From the NCBI GenBank assembly GCA_964016885.1, contig OZ024740.1, positions 291,958,001-292,022,000 of the forward strand: 64,000 nt of DNA, in the 5' to 3' direction. This DNA comes from Eledone cirrhosa. Its lineage: Eukaryota. Within the stretch, counting starts at the first letter, position 1, and the number at the start of each line of letters is the position of its first letter. Shown here in pieces: positions 1 through 13,269 of this stretch. Position numbers and translations under genes: made by a program. The notes under the pieces are model-generated. The model was not told the origin of the DNA, searched no databases, and was given only the letters and a program-made list of their open reading frames with translations.

Positions 1-469
1 TATAAAGAAAAGGAAGAAAAGCAGTATCACATATTCAACATTGATTTATTCCATTACATCATTCTATTATGCACATTTTGAAGGTATAGAAAGGTTGTTA
101 TTGAATGATTATCCCATGTTTTCATCAAACAGGCAGTTCAAATGTAAAAAAAAAAAAAAAAATTGTATTTTTCTTGATATTCTGCTGTGGAAGATGTAAA
201 CTCATTGTAATGGAATAAAACAACATTGAATATGTGATACTGTCTCTCTTCTTTTTCTTAATATTGATACTCTGTTTGATACCATGCATGTAATATCATA
301 CATGGCATCTGAGGCGTTTTCCACCTGATTACAACATTGTAACACTGATTATCATGATATATATATAGATATATATGATTTCAAATGAAAACTGCTCTGA
401 TCCTGTAGAAGTCATTTCTATATGAAATAAATCAAACACACACATATACACATATACACATATACACAT

Positions 470-883
470 ATGCGATGTTGTATGGTAGTGAGACATGGGC
501 AGTGAAGCAGAAAAGATGAGAAAACTGGAAAAGAAATAAAGTGAACATACTTAGATGGACGTGCAGTATTAATGTGCATGAGAACCAAAGCATAGATGAG
601 CTGAGAGAAAAGCTGGGTATAAGAATAATTAGATGTAGTGTGCAGGAGAGAAAATTACACTGGTATTGCAATGTGATGCATATGGATGATGATTGTCAAG
701 TGAAGAAGTGCCTAAAAATCTCAGTGGAAGAGATCCACAATAAGGAGAGGCCAAGGAATACCATGGCAGAGGTTGCCAGAGCTGATCTCAACTCACTGAA
801 TCTCACAGCTGGTTGGTGAAGGATCTGTCCAACCAGTGCAAGCATAGAAAAACGGATGTAAAATGATGATGATGATGAAGATG

Positions 884-885
<2 letters not shown>
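470..885 (+). mobile_element. RTE-clade LINE 3' fragment
   Basis: Degenerate MLYGSETW...LRW...ELREKLGI...VQERKLHWY motif matching the 3' end of the copy at 7560-10290; (GAT)n tail. Confidence 0.85.
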
Positions 886-915
<30 letters not shown>

Positions 916-1849
916 TAGAAGTGGCACTAACAAAGCGTGGTTCATTACAAGGGTGTATATGAAAGCATATACAATATGTTTCTGTATAATATACATACAA
1001 TATATCTCGCTATGAATTTTTTTATAAGTTGTGATCATGTCACAGCTATCTCAGTAGCAGTGAGAATGCCAGACAGCTGTTTCTGGATGTTTATCCATCA
1101 TAAGTGACATCTATTTACTCACCACTTAAAGCCTATATGGATTTTCCATATGAAACTTTGGCTGGCAATGCTCATTTGCATATAGTGGGAACTTAACTGG
1201 TGAAAGGGGCTTAATTAGAAATGACAGGGTTGAACTGCTTGAAGGATGAAGTGGGAGAAATTGTTGACTCAGATGGAATTAAGGAAAAGTGGAAGAGATA
1301 TAAGGAGGGTTTGCTGAATGTGGAGAATGAATGAAATAGCTACATAGAAACCTAATTGTCTAGCAAGTAGAGCAAATAGCTGAGGAAGCATTGAGAAAGA
1401 TGAAGAGTAGATAGGCAGGAGTTGTGGGAGATATGTTAAAGGCAGCAGGAAGTTAGTATTTGAAGAGAATGACAGAGATCTGTAGATTGGTGGTGAATAA
1501 AGACCATATTCTAGTGGATTGGGACAGTATTCCCATTCACCTGTACTAGATGATTCTCTAAACTGTAGCTCATATAGAGTTATTGAAACATAGAATGAAG
1601 TTATTAGAAAGAGTGCTACAAGAGAGATTAACCCTTTAGTTACTAAACTGGCCCTGGTTCTATGAAATAAAATCACCCAGTTTCAAGGTTTTTAATTCAA
1701 ATTAAAATCTTCCAACATAATTTTATATAAGAACCTTACATTAAATTACTATCTTAGTAATAAAATAAATATAATTTTAGTAAATTCCTCAATATTCTTC
1801 ATTAATTAATTGAAATACATTGAGTGTATTTTATTAAAAATGTGGTCAT

Positions 1850-2350
1850 GATAAGGTTAAGAGAAAAGATGAAGATTGATGAAATATAGTTTGGATTTGC
1901 ACCAGGAAAAGGAACAACTAATGCAATATTTATTGTGAGGCAGTTACAGGGACAAGAAGACATTGTTTGGGGGGTTTGTTGACGATAATTAAGTTCCACT
2001 TAAAGTAATGATATGAGCATTGAGAGAGTTGAAAGATGAGGAATGGTTGGTTAGAGTTGTGATGACAATGCCTGAGAAAACACATACAGAGGTAAGGATG
2101 AAAGTGAAGGAGTGCTTCAGGTCTCCATGTTAAACCCACTACTATTTGTAGTTGTAATGGTCTGCTATGTAGTCGTAGTGTAAAGGAGGATTTACTATGT
2201 GAGTTGCTGTATATAGATGACCTGGTGTTAGTAACAGAGAGTATGAATGGACTGAAGGAGATGTGTTGGTGGAAGAAATGTATGAAGGTGATTATTGGGA
2301 AGACAAAGGTGATGGTAAATGATAAACTATTTGGTGAGATGGAAAAAACA
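1850..2350 (+). mobile_element. Degraded RTE LINE reverse transcriptase fragment
   Basis: FGFAPGKGTTNAIFIVRQLQ and LLYIDDLVL-like motifs with stops and frameshifts. Confidence 0.75.
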
Positions 2351-4632
2351 GGAAAAAGAAATAATAGATAAAAAATTCAGTTTTCTTCCATGTTATTTCC
2401 CGGGCCAGGTCCCACAACTTTATTTAATATATATTTAACTGAATGTAATTAATTCTAAATAGCAGTAAACAAAATAAACCATGTATATACTTATAATAAA
2501 GAAAAATGCAAATTTTCAACACTTTTTATATTTATCTTTTTTAAAAACTGTTATAATCAGCCATTTTTATCATGTTAAATTCAGTACTTAAAAACTACAA
2601 CAAATCTGTGTGTTGTCCAGTCTTACCTTCTTTTGATGCCCTAAGCACATGCTACTAATTGTTTAATGGTTAATCCAGCCCTGAGTATAAGATAAGGCAA
2701 AAATTATCTTCCCAATGTAAGCAGTATCACTTGCTTCACCTCAAAGAGATTATTGTCATTTATCAGATCTGTTTGAGAAGACCTACGTTCATGGGCATTG
2801 TAGCCACAACTGCCCCATTTTTTGTATGTTTAGAACTGTATCGTTGCTTGGCCTGAGAAATAGCAGACAAATCTCTAAATAACACCCTATCACATTGATA
2901 GAGAAAAAGTACACAAGTTAATGTAGTCCTTCATTCCTTGAAAAAAAAAAAAAATGTTTGTTATGGTATGATCATATTTTACTCAGTTTAGCTTTGCCTG
3001 GGGTTAATGAGCAACTACTACTGTATCTTATAGTTTAAATGCTCACTCCCATATGCAATATAGATCAACAACCTAATTATTTTCACCTCCATTGCACACA
3101 CCAGCAATACAAACAACCTTAGCAAATAGAAGCCATCAAACCATAACCTCTAAGCCTAGTGGCATTCACACACATCAAGATAACACTATTACACATATTC
3201 CCTCCCTACATAGTACATCTAAAATGGTGGCAAATTGGCAGAGTTATTAGAACATTGGATATAATGCTTTGTGGTATTCATTTTGGTTCTCTGCTCTCTG
3301 AATTCAAATCCAATAGAGGTCAACTTTGCCTTTCATCCATTCAAGGTCAATAAAAAAAGTACCAGACTAGCACTGGGGTTGATTCTTCCTCTATATCTGT
3401 CTCACTTCCTTTCTCTCTTGCTCACTATCTTCCTCTGGAAGAATTCTGCTGTATTCAGACATGGCGAGGAGATAGGCTCTGCTAAGTTTAAAAATACCCT
3501 ACGAGTCCCTTGGTATTTACGGGACCATGATACACACATGCGATGCGATGGCTGCAACTCGATTTCGAGTAATGCCATCGCTTGATACTTAAGCATGAGC
3601 ATCACAGACGTAGCTTTTTAGTCCTTTTAGGGACTTGCCTATGGCCAGCAATACCATGCATCACAAAAAATGTCACATATCAAACGGTGCCTGTGTTTGA
3701 AGCTTTTTTTAAGTGAGGAAAGGCTTTGCACGGGGTCAATCCCACTCTCTGAACATCGAATGCATTTGCCCCATTGGATGCAAACGAAGTCGCAGGTTTT
3801 ATATCAGTGACCTTCTCCTAGAGAAATGACATCCATCCATCCCTCTATCCATCACTCCCTCCCTCCACCTATCCATCCATCTAAAATATTCACATTTTAT
3901 ATATAGCAGTAGGTATGGTGGAACAAGCATGGAAGGGTGATAAGGAGTTTCTTACCTCTTCTAATACCAACCTATTCGAGACTACCTTTACTTATGTGTT
4001 CATCCTCCTCCTCACCACCTGTGGACTTTAAAACAACATTGATGATGATGATGAATCCTATAAAATCAGATACAGCACATCTTAGTAAAATTATTTTAGA
4101 TGAGAATTTTGCCCAAGGTTATAACTATGACAAACAAATTTTAATGAATTGGTTTAATTAAATCCTTAATAAAATATAGATAAAATATATACAGCATGGT
4201 ATTAGTGGCAAGAAATTTTTAGAAGAAATGGACAGCAGAAGGTCTTCAGAGAGAAACCTCCACTCAAGCAAGTGTTTTCACCACTTCTGCTGAATATAAC
4301 CATAGCCATCAAATTTGCTAGTTCCAAAACAATTATAGATCAATTTCTTACTGATATCCACCACCACCACCACCACCATCATCATCGTTATTACTGAATC
4401 AACTCAATCTGAAATTCTCTATAGTCAAAGGAGGATTATCATGAGATGATGGATTTCTTCTTCTTCTACCAGACCATCCAAGTTCATGGATGTTATCCAA
4501 CCATCTTGCTCGGGGTCCACCCCTGGGTCTCCTGCTGGTTGGATTTGTCCATAAAATCTGTCCAGTGATTCTTTCTAATTCTAATCTACTATATAAATAT
4601 GAAATTAGAAAAGAACTCCATAATTTCTTTAA

Positions 4633-4850
4633 CCCTTTAGCATTTAAACCGGCCATATCCGACCAGCATTCTCTCACCTCTTTCTGTTCAAACTGGCCGT
4701 AATTAGCCACTCATACTTATATTAAGGTATTGTTCTCAAAATAAATAATATCAAAATCTCATAGATTCGATATTATGTGAGATATGTGAGGTAAAGCCTT
4801 TACCTTGAAAATATAATAGTTTATATAGAGTAATGTAAAATGCTAAAAGG
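4633..4850. mobile_element. piggyBac-type MITE
   Basis: TTAA|CCCTTTAGCATTT ... AAATGCTAAAAGG terminal inverted repeats; second copy at 26223-26430. Confidence 0.7.
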
Positions 4851-6500
4851 TTTAAGAATATAATTTATGTCTAACTACAGAAACAAATATCACTAACTTA
4901 TTGGAGAGTATATAGTAAAAACTGCTCAACTGTCTAATGGAAATAGAAATCTTGTCATTTATTGTCTTGGGAAAGACAACAAATACTTTTTACTGTGGTC
5001 CCTTATCAGAATGTTTAAATCCTAATAAGTACATCTAATGTTTACACATGGCTGCCTACATATAAACTCTCATATTGTGAATTGTGTTTCACCTTAGTTA
5101 ACAATGACATTTTTTATAGGTTTATTGTTCTGCATGTAGGCCAATCTGTAAAACTAGATACGGTACATACAATCAGATTAAAATTTGGTTTTCAACACCT
5201 GTACTTTATGTGTAGGTGTGTATATCTTTAAAGACATTAACTTTCTTTTCTTTTTTTTTACTGGCTTCAATCATTAGACTCTGACCATGCTGGAGCACTG
5301 CCTTGACTTAGTTGATGATATTTATTGCCCCCAATACTTACTTTTACAAGTCTGGTACTTATTTTATTATCCCTTCTTGTCAAACCACTAAGTTAGAGGA
5401 CATAAACACTGGCATGAACAGACACACATACACACACATACATATGGAAAACCTGCCTAACAAAGGGTCAGGAGGACCCTTCAGCTGTGTCAAAGACATG
5501 ACAACCTCTCTAGTATTAGTGATCTACATGATAAACACACCTAATGCACTCTGTAAGGTATCTGGGGATAGGAAGGGCATCCAGTCATATAATATGATGA
5601 TCCCCTGTACAATTTCTCTCAAACCAAATTGCACTCCGGAAATATTGGTTAACCCAAGCCTATTGGGCTCAAACCTGAATCCATGTGGTTGCATAGCATA
5701 TTTTTAACCACAAAGCCATGCCTGCACGAATAATGAGTTGTGTTGTTCATTATGTCTAAAAAAAATGTTGCTAATAGTTATTACTACTGTTTAGCCCTAG
5801 GTCAGACCTGATCCTATAGACCTATGATCAAAGATGTTCCAGTTGTGATCATTCAATCTTACACAGTATAGTGTATCTAGTACAATATTATCCAATGTGT
5901 TCTTCCATCTTACACAAAGGTGTGGTTTGAAAAGAATTTGGCTGCTATTTTTAGCAATTTGAGAAATGTTGCAGTGGCTCCCTCATTACTTCCTAAGATT
6001 TTGATAGTAATTCAATATGGTGCACTCAATATGATGCACTCAGTGTAAGTCTTTTTGTACATAAAAGCTACAGTGGAATGTCACACACAGACAGAGAATT
6101 AGAAACTGCACTCTGCCTGGGTTATTACAGAAATTAACAGAAGGTACAATCATGAATTGAAGTCTATAAACAGTTTAGATGATATGATAGTAGTAGTGCT
6201 AGTAGTAATTTCACTTGACATAATTACTAATAGTAGTGTTTAACACTTGATAACAAACTGCCCCAGATTCTAAGGTACAAAGCTGTTGGTGCAACAACCT
6301 TTGTTAAGTTATGTTCCAAACACTCATTTAACAATGAGAAAGTTAGTTATATAATTAAATCTCTAAATTCGCAATTGTTTGAAATTCATAGACAGTGTTT
6401 ACATTAGAAATATGCTTAAAGCGTTAAAAATAATGATGTTTATAATAAGGAGAAAATAGAAGTATACGGAGCTACTAGCTATATTAGTGACAGATGGTTA

Positions 6501-6575
<75 letters not shown>

Positions 6576-7218
6576 CATACATAAATACATACATATACAT
6601 ATATATATATATGGTGGCTGCCAACTCGTTTTCGAGTACGGCCACTACTTTATATCCATGTAGGAGAACTCCTACCGATGCGCTGAACGAGTGTGACATT
6701 TTAGTCCAGCCAGCGACTTGAAAACTTTGGTACAAACACTACACTTGTGACAATTATTGACACATAGTGCTGGGCCCATGGTACCATGTGACGACAAGTG
6801 CAGAGAGATCTCCAGATATAAAGCAATGCCTGTGCCGTGAAGCTTTGATAGTGAGCAAAGCCAGTCCCACTCTCTTAACCAAGATGATATTTACCAAAAA
6901 GAAGAACAAGTCAACATCATTGGATACCATCAGAGTTGCAGGTGTTATATCAGAGTTTTCCTTCTCCTAGAATTCTGCCTTGACAAAGGCTAAGGGGTCA
7001 TCTCTCCCGGTGATTTTGGATGGCCATTGACTCTTAAGAGCTCCTTTGCCCTTTGACAGGTTTTGTTTTTAGTCCTGCAGGATATCCAAAGTCACCCTCC
7101 TCACCAAGAAACCTTGGTGGGGTTGCCAGTTTAGTCGCCAACGACCCGATCATGAGACAGGTTATATATATACATACATACATACATACATACATATATT
7201 TCCGCTCACATTATTATT

Positions 7219-7412
7219 TGGCAGTATTGGTAGAGGGTTGGACGCCATGCTTTGACGCATAGAGTTACGGCCCTTGCCATTCTGAGTTCAAATCCCGCCA
7301 AGGTTAACTTTGCCTTTCATCCTTACGGGGTCGATAAAATAAAGTACCAGTAATGCACTGGGTAATTGCTGGCCTTGTGCCAAAAGTAGAAACAATTATT
7401 ATTATTATTGTT
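7219..7412 (+). mobile_element. tRNA-derived SINE (representative copy)
   Basis: A/B-box-like head (GGCAGTATTGGTAG...GAGTTCAAATCCC), core CTTTGCCTTTCATCC...GTCGATAAAATAAAGTACCAG, (ATT)n tail. Other copies approx.: 24575-24765(-), 25090-25370(+, two), 29437-29780(-, two), 32155-32475(-, two), 40040-40135(+), 40725-40905(-), 56550-56716(-). Confidence 0.85.
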
Positions 7413-7559
7413 GTTATTTATCATTTCGCTGGCCTTCACAACGCATATATATTCTTTACCCTTGTTTTTCCCACGTTGGCTATTATGACTGTCTCTACGA
7501 AAGTCATCTATCCCTTTACCTCCCTTCCTCTCTCTTTTCGAGAAGCATCAGATCACCTA

Positions 7560-10290
7560 TAGATCAGGGGAGCATTCTAGTCAGATAGATTTTATCCTCA
7601 TCAGAGGACGTGACAGATGGACGGTCGTAAACACAAAAGCCTTCCCTAGTGAGGAATGTACCTCCCAACATAACTTAGTTGTCAGTGACCTCACTGTCAG
7701 AACTAGGCAAACTTGGAAACAGAAGGCAACCTGGAGAAGAAAGATCTGGAAGCTGAAAGACCCCTCAGCCAGTAACAGATTTAAAGATATTTTACTCGAC
7801 GCCTATGACAGTAAAGAAGAACAGATAGAGACATTCAATGTAGAAGAGCACTGGGAGTTCCTAAAAAATAACTTACTAAAGGCGACGGACGAGATCTGTG
7901 GTTAGAGCAAGACCACAGGCAGGAGGAGAGTGACTTGGTGGTGGAACAATAAGGTAGATGAGGCAGTTAAGGCTAATAGACAGACATGGAAAGAATGGAA
8001 GAACGGGGGAAGCAGGGTACATTACATATAGACCAGGAGGGAAGCTAGGCGACAAGTATACTTAGCTAGAGGAGAAGCGGAGGATAGAAAAGTCAAGCAT
8101 GTTTTGCAATGTGAGTACCAGAAACATGAGGTGTTCAAGATTGCGAGGCAGTGTGTCAGAGAGAATTGTGATGTCATTGGAGAGAAGTGTATCCGGAATG
8201 ATAAAGGTGAGCTTGCCCTCACAAGTGTTGAGAAGAAAGATGCGTGGAAGAGCCATTATGAAAGATTACTAAATGAGGAGAATGCATGGGAAGAAGAGAC
8301 CCTACCCCAAGTAGACTCTATAGAGGGGCTAGCAGTACAAGTCAGCAGCAGCATAGTAAGTAAGGCAATCAAAGATATGAAGACAGGGAAGGCAACCAGT
8401 CCATCAGATATAGCTGCCGAGATGCTGAAGGCATCTGGGTCGGTAGGTCACACCATAACCACACGTATTGTTAACCAGGTAATACCAGAGGATGTCATAC
8501 CAAAGGATTGGTGCAGCAGCATCATTATCAACTACTACAAGGGTAAAGGTGATGCACTAGATAGAGGAAACTATAGAGGTATAAAGCTGATGGACCAGGT
8601 CATGAAAGTAACAGAAAGAGTTATAGCACAGTTGATTAAGGACCGGGTGAAACTAGATGAGACGCAATTTGGGTTTGTGCCAAGAAAAGCACCACTGATG
8701 CCCTCTTCCTTGTGAGGCAGTTACAGGAAAAGTACCTAGCTAAAAGTAAGCTGCTCTACCTGGCATTCGTCGATCTGGAGAAAGCCTTTGACAGAGTCCC
8801 CCGTGCTATAATCTGGTGGGCTCTTAGAAAACTAGGAGTAGATGAATGGCTTGTGAAAGCTGTACAAGCCATGTATAGGGGAGCAGTCAGCAGAGTTAGG
8901 ATTAGCAACGACTATAGCGAGGAATTTAGCATACAGGTCGGTGTCCACCAGGGCTCTGTTCTTAGCCCTCTCCTGTTCATCATAGTTTTGCAGGCAATAA
9001 CGGAGGAGTTTAAGACCGGATGCCCATGGGAACTCCTGTATGCTGATGACCTTGCACTTATAGCTGAATCTATGGTAGAACTAGAGAACAAATTCCAAAC
9101 ATGGAAGCAGGGACTAGAAAGAAGGGGTCTCAAAGTCAACCTGACAAAGACTAAGGTCCTTGTAAGTAGACGAGAAAACAGAACCCAAATCCCCTCAGGG
9201 AAATGGCTTTGCTCAGTATGTAGGAACTCCATCCTCTGCCCCAAATGCAAACAATGGGTACACAAGAGATGTAGTGGGATCTCAGGAAGCTTAACTAAGA
9301 ATGTAGGCTTCACATGTAGCAGCTGCGCTGGGACAGCAAGCAGCAAACAGCCACAGGAAACAAGCACCACCGAACTCTGGGAGGGCTCTGTAGAAACAGT
9401 AGCCAGCTTCTGCTAGCTAAGTGATCAAATTAGCAGCGGAGGTGGGTGTTTGGAAAGTACAATAACTAGGGTAAGAACAGGATGGAAGAAGTTCAGGGAG
9501 TTACTGCCACTGCTAGCTGCAAAAGGGTTCTCCCTCAAAATGAAAGTCAAACTGTATTATGCGTGTATACGAACAGCAATGTTACATGGTAGTGAGACCT
9601 GGGCGCTGTCTGGAGAAGACTTGCGTAGATTAGAAAAAAACGAAGCCTGCCTGCTCCGATGGATGTGTAATAGTAATATGTGCGAACGGCAAAGCATAAA
9701 CGAATTGAGAGAGAGACTGATCATAAGAGGAATCAAATGCTGTGTGCAGGAGAGGAGGTTGCGTTGGTATGGGAATGTGATGCATATGAAGGATGACAGC
9801 TGCATAAAAAGGTGCAGAGCACTAGAAGTCGATGAAGCCGCGGAGTGGGGAGACCCAAGAAGACCTGGGATGGGGTGATAAAAGCCAACCTTATTCAATT
9901 GCACCTCTCAAAGGCAATGACACACGACTGTGACCTCTGGCGTCACGCAGTAATACAGAAGACCTGACCCCCCACGGGTACAAGCCGAAGCTGAAGGATA
10001 TGCCACCACCACCCCCGCCCATTGCAAAGTGGTCGTTGAGGTGCCACGGCAAAAAAGCACCCATCCCACACTGTAAAGTGGATGTGTCGGCGCCACGGAC
10101 TAAAAGCACCCAGCACTTACTGTAAATGAGGTTGGTGTTAGGAAGGGCATCCGGCTGTAGAAATCAAGCCAGAATCAGTTGCTGTATGAGCAAGACATGG
10201 TCAGCCGACCGGGTACTACCCACAAGAGGACAACCCGTTTAACCCATGTTAGCATGGAAGAATGGACGTAAAACGGTGATGATGATGATA
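7560..10290 (+). mobile_element. 5'-truncated RTE-clade LINE (end of APE endonuclease, RT, PHD-like Zn finger, 3' UTR), frameshifted
   Basis: QIDFIL and SQHNLVV endonuclease end. ORFs 8104-8715, 8712-9416 and 9450-9878 carry KGKGDALDRGNYRGIKL, AFVDLEKAFDRV, GVHQGSVLSPLLF and YADD. Ends in (GAT)n. Confidence 0.95.
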
Positions 10291-10323
10291 TATACATATA
10301 TCATATGTATGTATATATATGTG

Positions 10324-10359
<36 letters not shown>

Positions 10360-10640
10360 AATAAGAGGCAGAGTTAATAACTCATATCAATACCCTGTAA
10401 TTAACAAGCTCAAAGTATAAATACTGAGCATACGGCCCTTGCCATTCTGAGTTCAAATCCCACCGAGGTAAACTTTGCTTTTCATCCTTATTGAATAATA
10501 TATATAGTAATAAACACAGTAAATTGTGTGTTTAAAATTATGAGGGTTAAGATACCACGTTGGTTTGACAGATTTAACCTGAAGCAAACAGACAATACAA
10601 AATAAAGAGAAAAATGTACAGACCATTTCAATAACTATTT

Positions 10641-10728
10641 CATCTCCCGGACAGATTAGAGATTTAATTGGTTTCACCCTGAGAATTGTGTTTGTAACAT
10701 AATCTGTAGGCATCATCAGCGAGAGATA
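10641..10728 (-). ncRNA. Type I hammerhead ribozyme
   Basis: UAUCUCUCG-CUGAUGA-(stem II, base imperfect)-GAAA-C..-GUC-CGGGAGAUG; 9-bp stem I including G-U pairs. Confidence 0.7.
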
Positions 10729-11352
10729 AGATCAAATGTGACAAACACCTAACACTAAAAGCTACACAAATGAATATTTCACCTTGTGCACGAGAAGTCC
10801 AAAGTGGTGTGAGTGGATCGGCTAGAAACAATAGCCTAAATACACCCAACTTATAAGCTCACCAAGTTAGGGAGCCGAAATTCAAATAAGAGGCAGAGTT
10901 AATAATTCATATTAATACCCTGTAGAAATGTTGATATATATATACATATATATCAACATTGCTACATATTTATGTTATGTTAATGACACATTACATGGTT
11001 AATATATATATATATATATACTAGCTGGCATTATGGCGTTAAAAATGATTTATAATTGTAGTATTTTAGATATAAAAAGGGTACAAAACCAAGTTTTTAG
11101 TTTAATAATTCTTTTATTACAAATTTTATTGTGGATAAGCTATCTGTAACTAACATAGATAACCAAGATAATAACTTAATGTGCATATGTTTACATTTAT
11201 ATGTATGAATATATAAATAAATGTAATCTGAGTTTTTCAAATATTAATAGTAATATTTGATTCGTTTGCAATTATGCAAACAGCTTCATTTTTAAAGTCA
11301 TGTCACAGTAGAATGAGCCCCTCATTCTTGCTCTTGTGTTGGCATGTAAACA

Positions 11353-11402
11353 GAACTGCAGACACTAATGTTTCTGGGTATTACCCTTCATCAGTACTGT
11401 TC
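11353..11402 (-). ncRNA. Type I hammerhead ribozyme
   Basis: GAACAGUA-CUGAUGA-A-GGGU-AAU-ACCC-A-GAAA-CAUUAGU-GUC-UGCAGUUC. Confidence 0.65.
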
Positions 11403-11842
11403 ATCTGCCATCTGTCAGATCTAGTGAAAATATATGATATTTTCTAAAATATACAGTGACTGATCGGCCTGATTTGCATATTAGCAGACTGGCTGATCAG
11501 TCAGAGCTGCATATAAGCAGATCCACTGATCAGCCAGATTTGCATTTCAGGAGACTGGCCAGTCAGTTTTCTGTATACGAGCAATTAGTGGCTGGCTTTG
11601 CCATATTCAAATAAAAAAAAAAAAAAACATTTTTGCTCTAGATGGCTAAATACAATAAATATACACACATTCGCTATTATAGTTGCATATATTAACATTT
11701 CAACATATATATATGTATTCAATGGTATTTGTGTGTGTTTGTGTGTGTGTGTGTGTATATATATAAAAGGTAAACAGAAATAACAAAACAAAGGTTCACG
11801 GAAGAAATATATTAGTTTAACGCTTGAAATAGCAAGAATAGA

Positions 11843-11880
11843 ATCTTAATATTTCGGACACTAGTCTTTCATCAGAAGAT
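11843..11880 (-). ncRNA. Minimal hammerhead ribozyme (AUU triplet)
   Basis: AUCUU-CUGAUGA-AAGAC-UAGU-GUCC-GAAA-UA-UU-AAGAU; truncated sibling at ~32720-32745. Confidence 0.55.
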
Positions 11881-11947
11881 AGAGTTAGAAATAGAAGATA
11901 AATAGAAAGAAAAGAGTAATGAGAGGAAAAAAAAAGACACACGTACA

Positions 11948-11980
<33 letters not shown>

Positions 11981-11982
<2 letters not shown>

Positions 11983-13220
11983 TCATCATCATCATCGTTT
12001 AACGTCCATGTTCCACGCTTGCATGGGTTTGGACGGGAGTTTTCCCACTTGAGGCAAGAGTGGTTGTCTTGCTCGCATAGGACTGTCTGGCGGGTTTTCT
12101 ACAGCTGGATGCCCTTCCTAACACCAACCACATTTACAGTGTGGGACTGGGAGGTTTTTACCGTGTTGCCTACACGGCCACATTACAGCGGGGACTGTGT
12201 GTTTTTTTGTCGTGACACCTACACGATCTCATTTGTTTCGGCCTGGATGGCGCGGCACCAACGTAACTTTACATTGAAAGGGGCGGTGTGGATGGGGTGG
12301 GGGTGGTGTGACGGGGGCGTATTTTGTTAGAGATGCCTACTGACTGTAGTAGGTTTACTTTGTATTTAGGCAAGGCGGGTCTTCTCTATTACTGAGTACC
12401 GCCAAAGATCTCGGTCCAGTGACATTGTCTTGGAGAGGTGTAAGTGTGTGAGGTCGGAATTTATCAGGTCGTCCCAGGTTTTTCTGGGTCTGCCTACTCC
12501 GTAGCTACCATCTATCTTTATTGCCCTGCACTTTTTTATACAGCTATCGTCTTTCATGCGCATCACGTGACCATACCAACGTAGCCTTCTCTCGAGTAAA
12601 CAACATCTGATCCCTCTTATTTCTAATTTTTCCCTTAGTTCGTTTATGCTTTGCCGTTCACGTATATTACTATTACACATCCAGCGGAGCATGCAAGCTT
12701 CGTTCCTCTCTAGTCTGCGTATATCCTCTGCACACAATGCCCAGGTCTCACTGCCATGCAACATTGCTGTTCGTATGCAGGCATCATACAACCTGCCTTA
12801 CATTTTTAGGGAGAACCCTTTAGCGGCTAATAGTGGTATAAGCTCTCTGAACTTTTTCCATCCAGTTCTGATTCTAGCTACTGTACTTTCAGAGCACCCT
12901 CCCCCACTGCTGATTTTGTCACCCAGGTAACGGAAGCTGTCCACTATTTCTATAGAACCCTCTGCGCAATTGAAAGAGCTAGTATTCTGTGGACACTTGC
13001 TGCTACTTATTGCACCAGAGCACCGACCATATGTAAAATCTATGTTCTTAGTTAGCTTACCTATGATCCCACTACATCTTTTATGCACCCATACTTTGCA
13101 TTTGGGACATAAAATGGAGTTTCTACCTACGCCTTTCCTACACACTGAGCATGACCATTTCCCGGAAGGGACCGGCGCCTTATTTTCTTTCCTACAAACT
13201 AGAACTTTAGTCTTAGCCAG
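11981..13220 (-). mobile_element. RTE LINE 3' portion (same family as 7560-10290)
   Basis: Minus-strand ORFs 12798-13145 and 12366-12791 are homologous to the RT C-terminus; (CAT)n on + is the tail. Confidence 0.93.
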
Positions 13221-13269
13221 GTTATATATATATATATATGTGTATAGGAGTGTGTGTTTGTGTGTGCAC

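Noticed and set aside
5121-5162. Candidate upstream exon for Ly6 gene 1
   Set aside because: Good acceptor but weak donor and no convincing signal peptide or start codon; cannot support.
7219-7300. tRNA genes at SINE heads
   Set aside because: A/B-box similarity only; no cloverleaf, and all continue into the SINE core.
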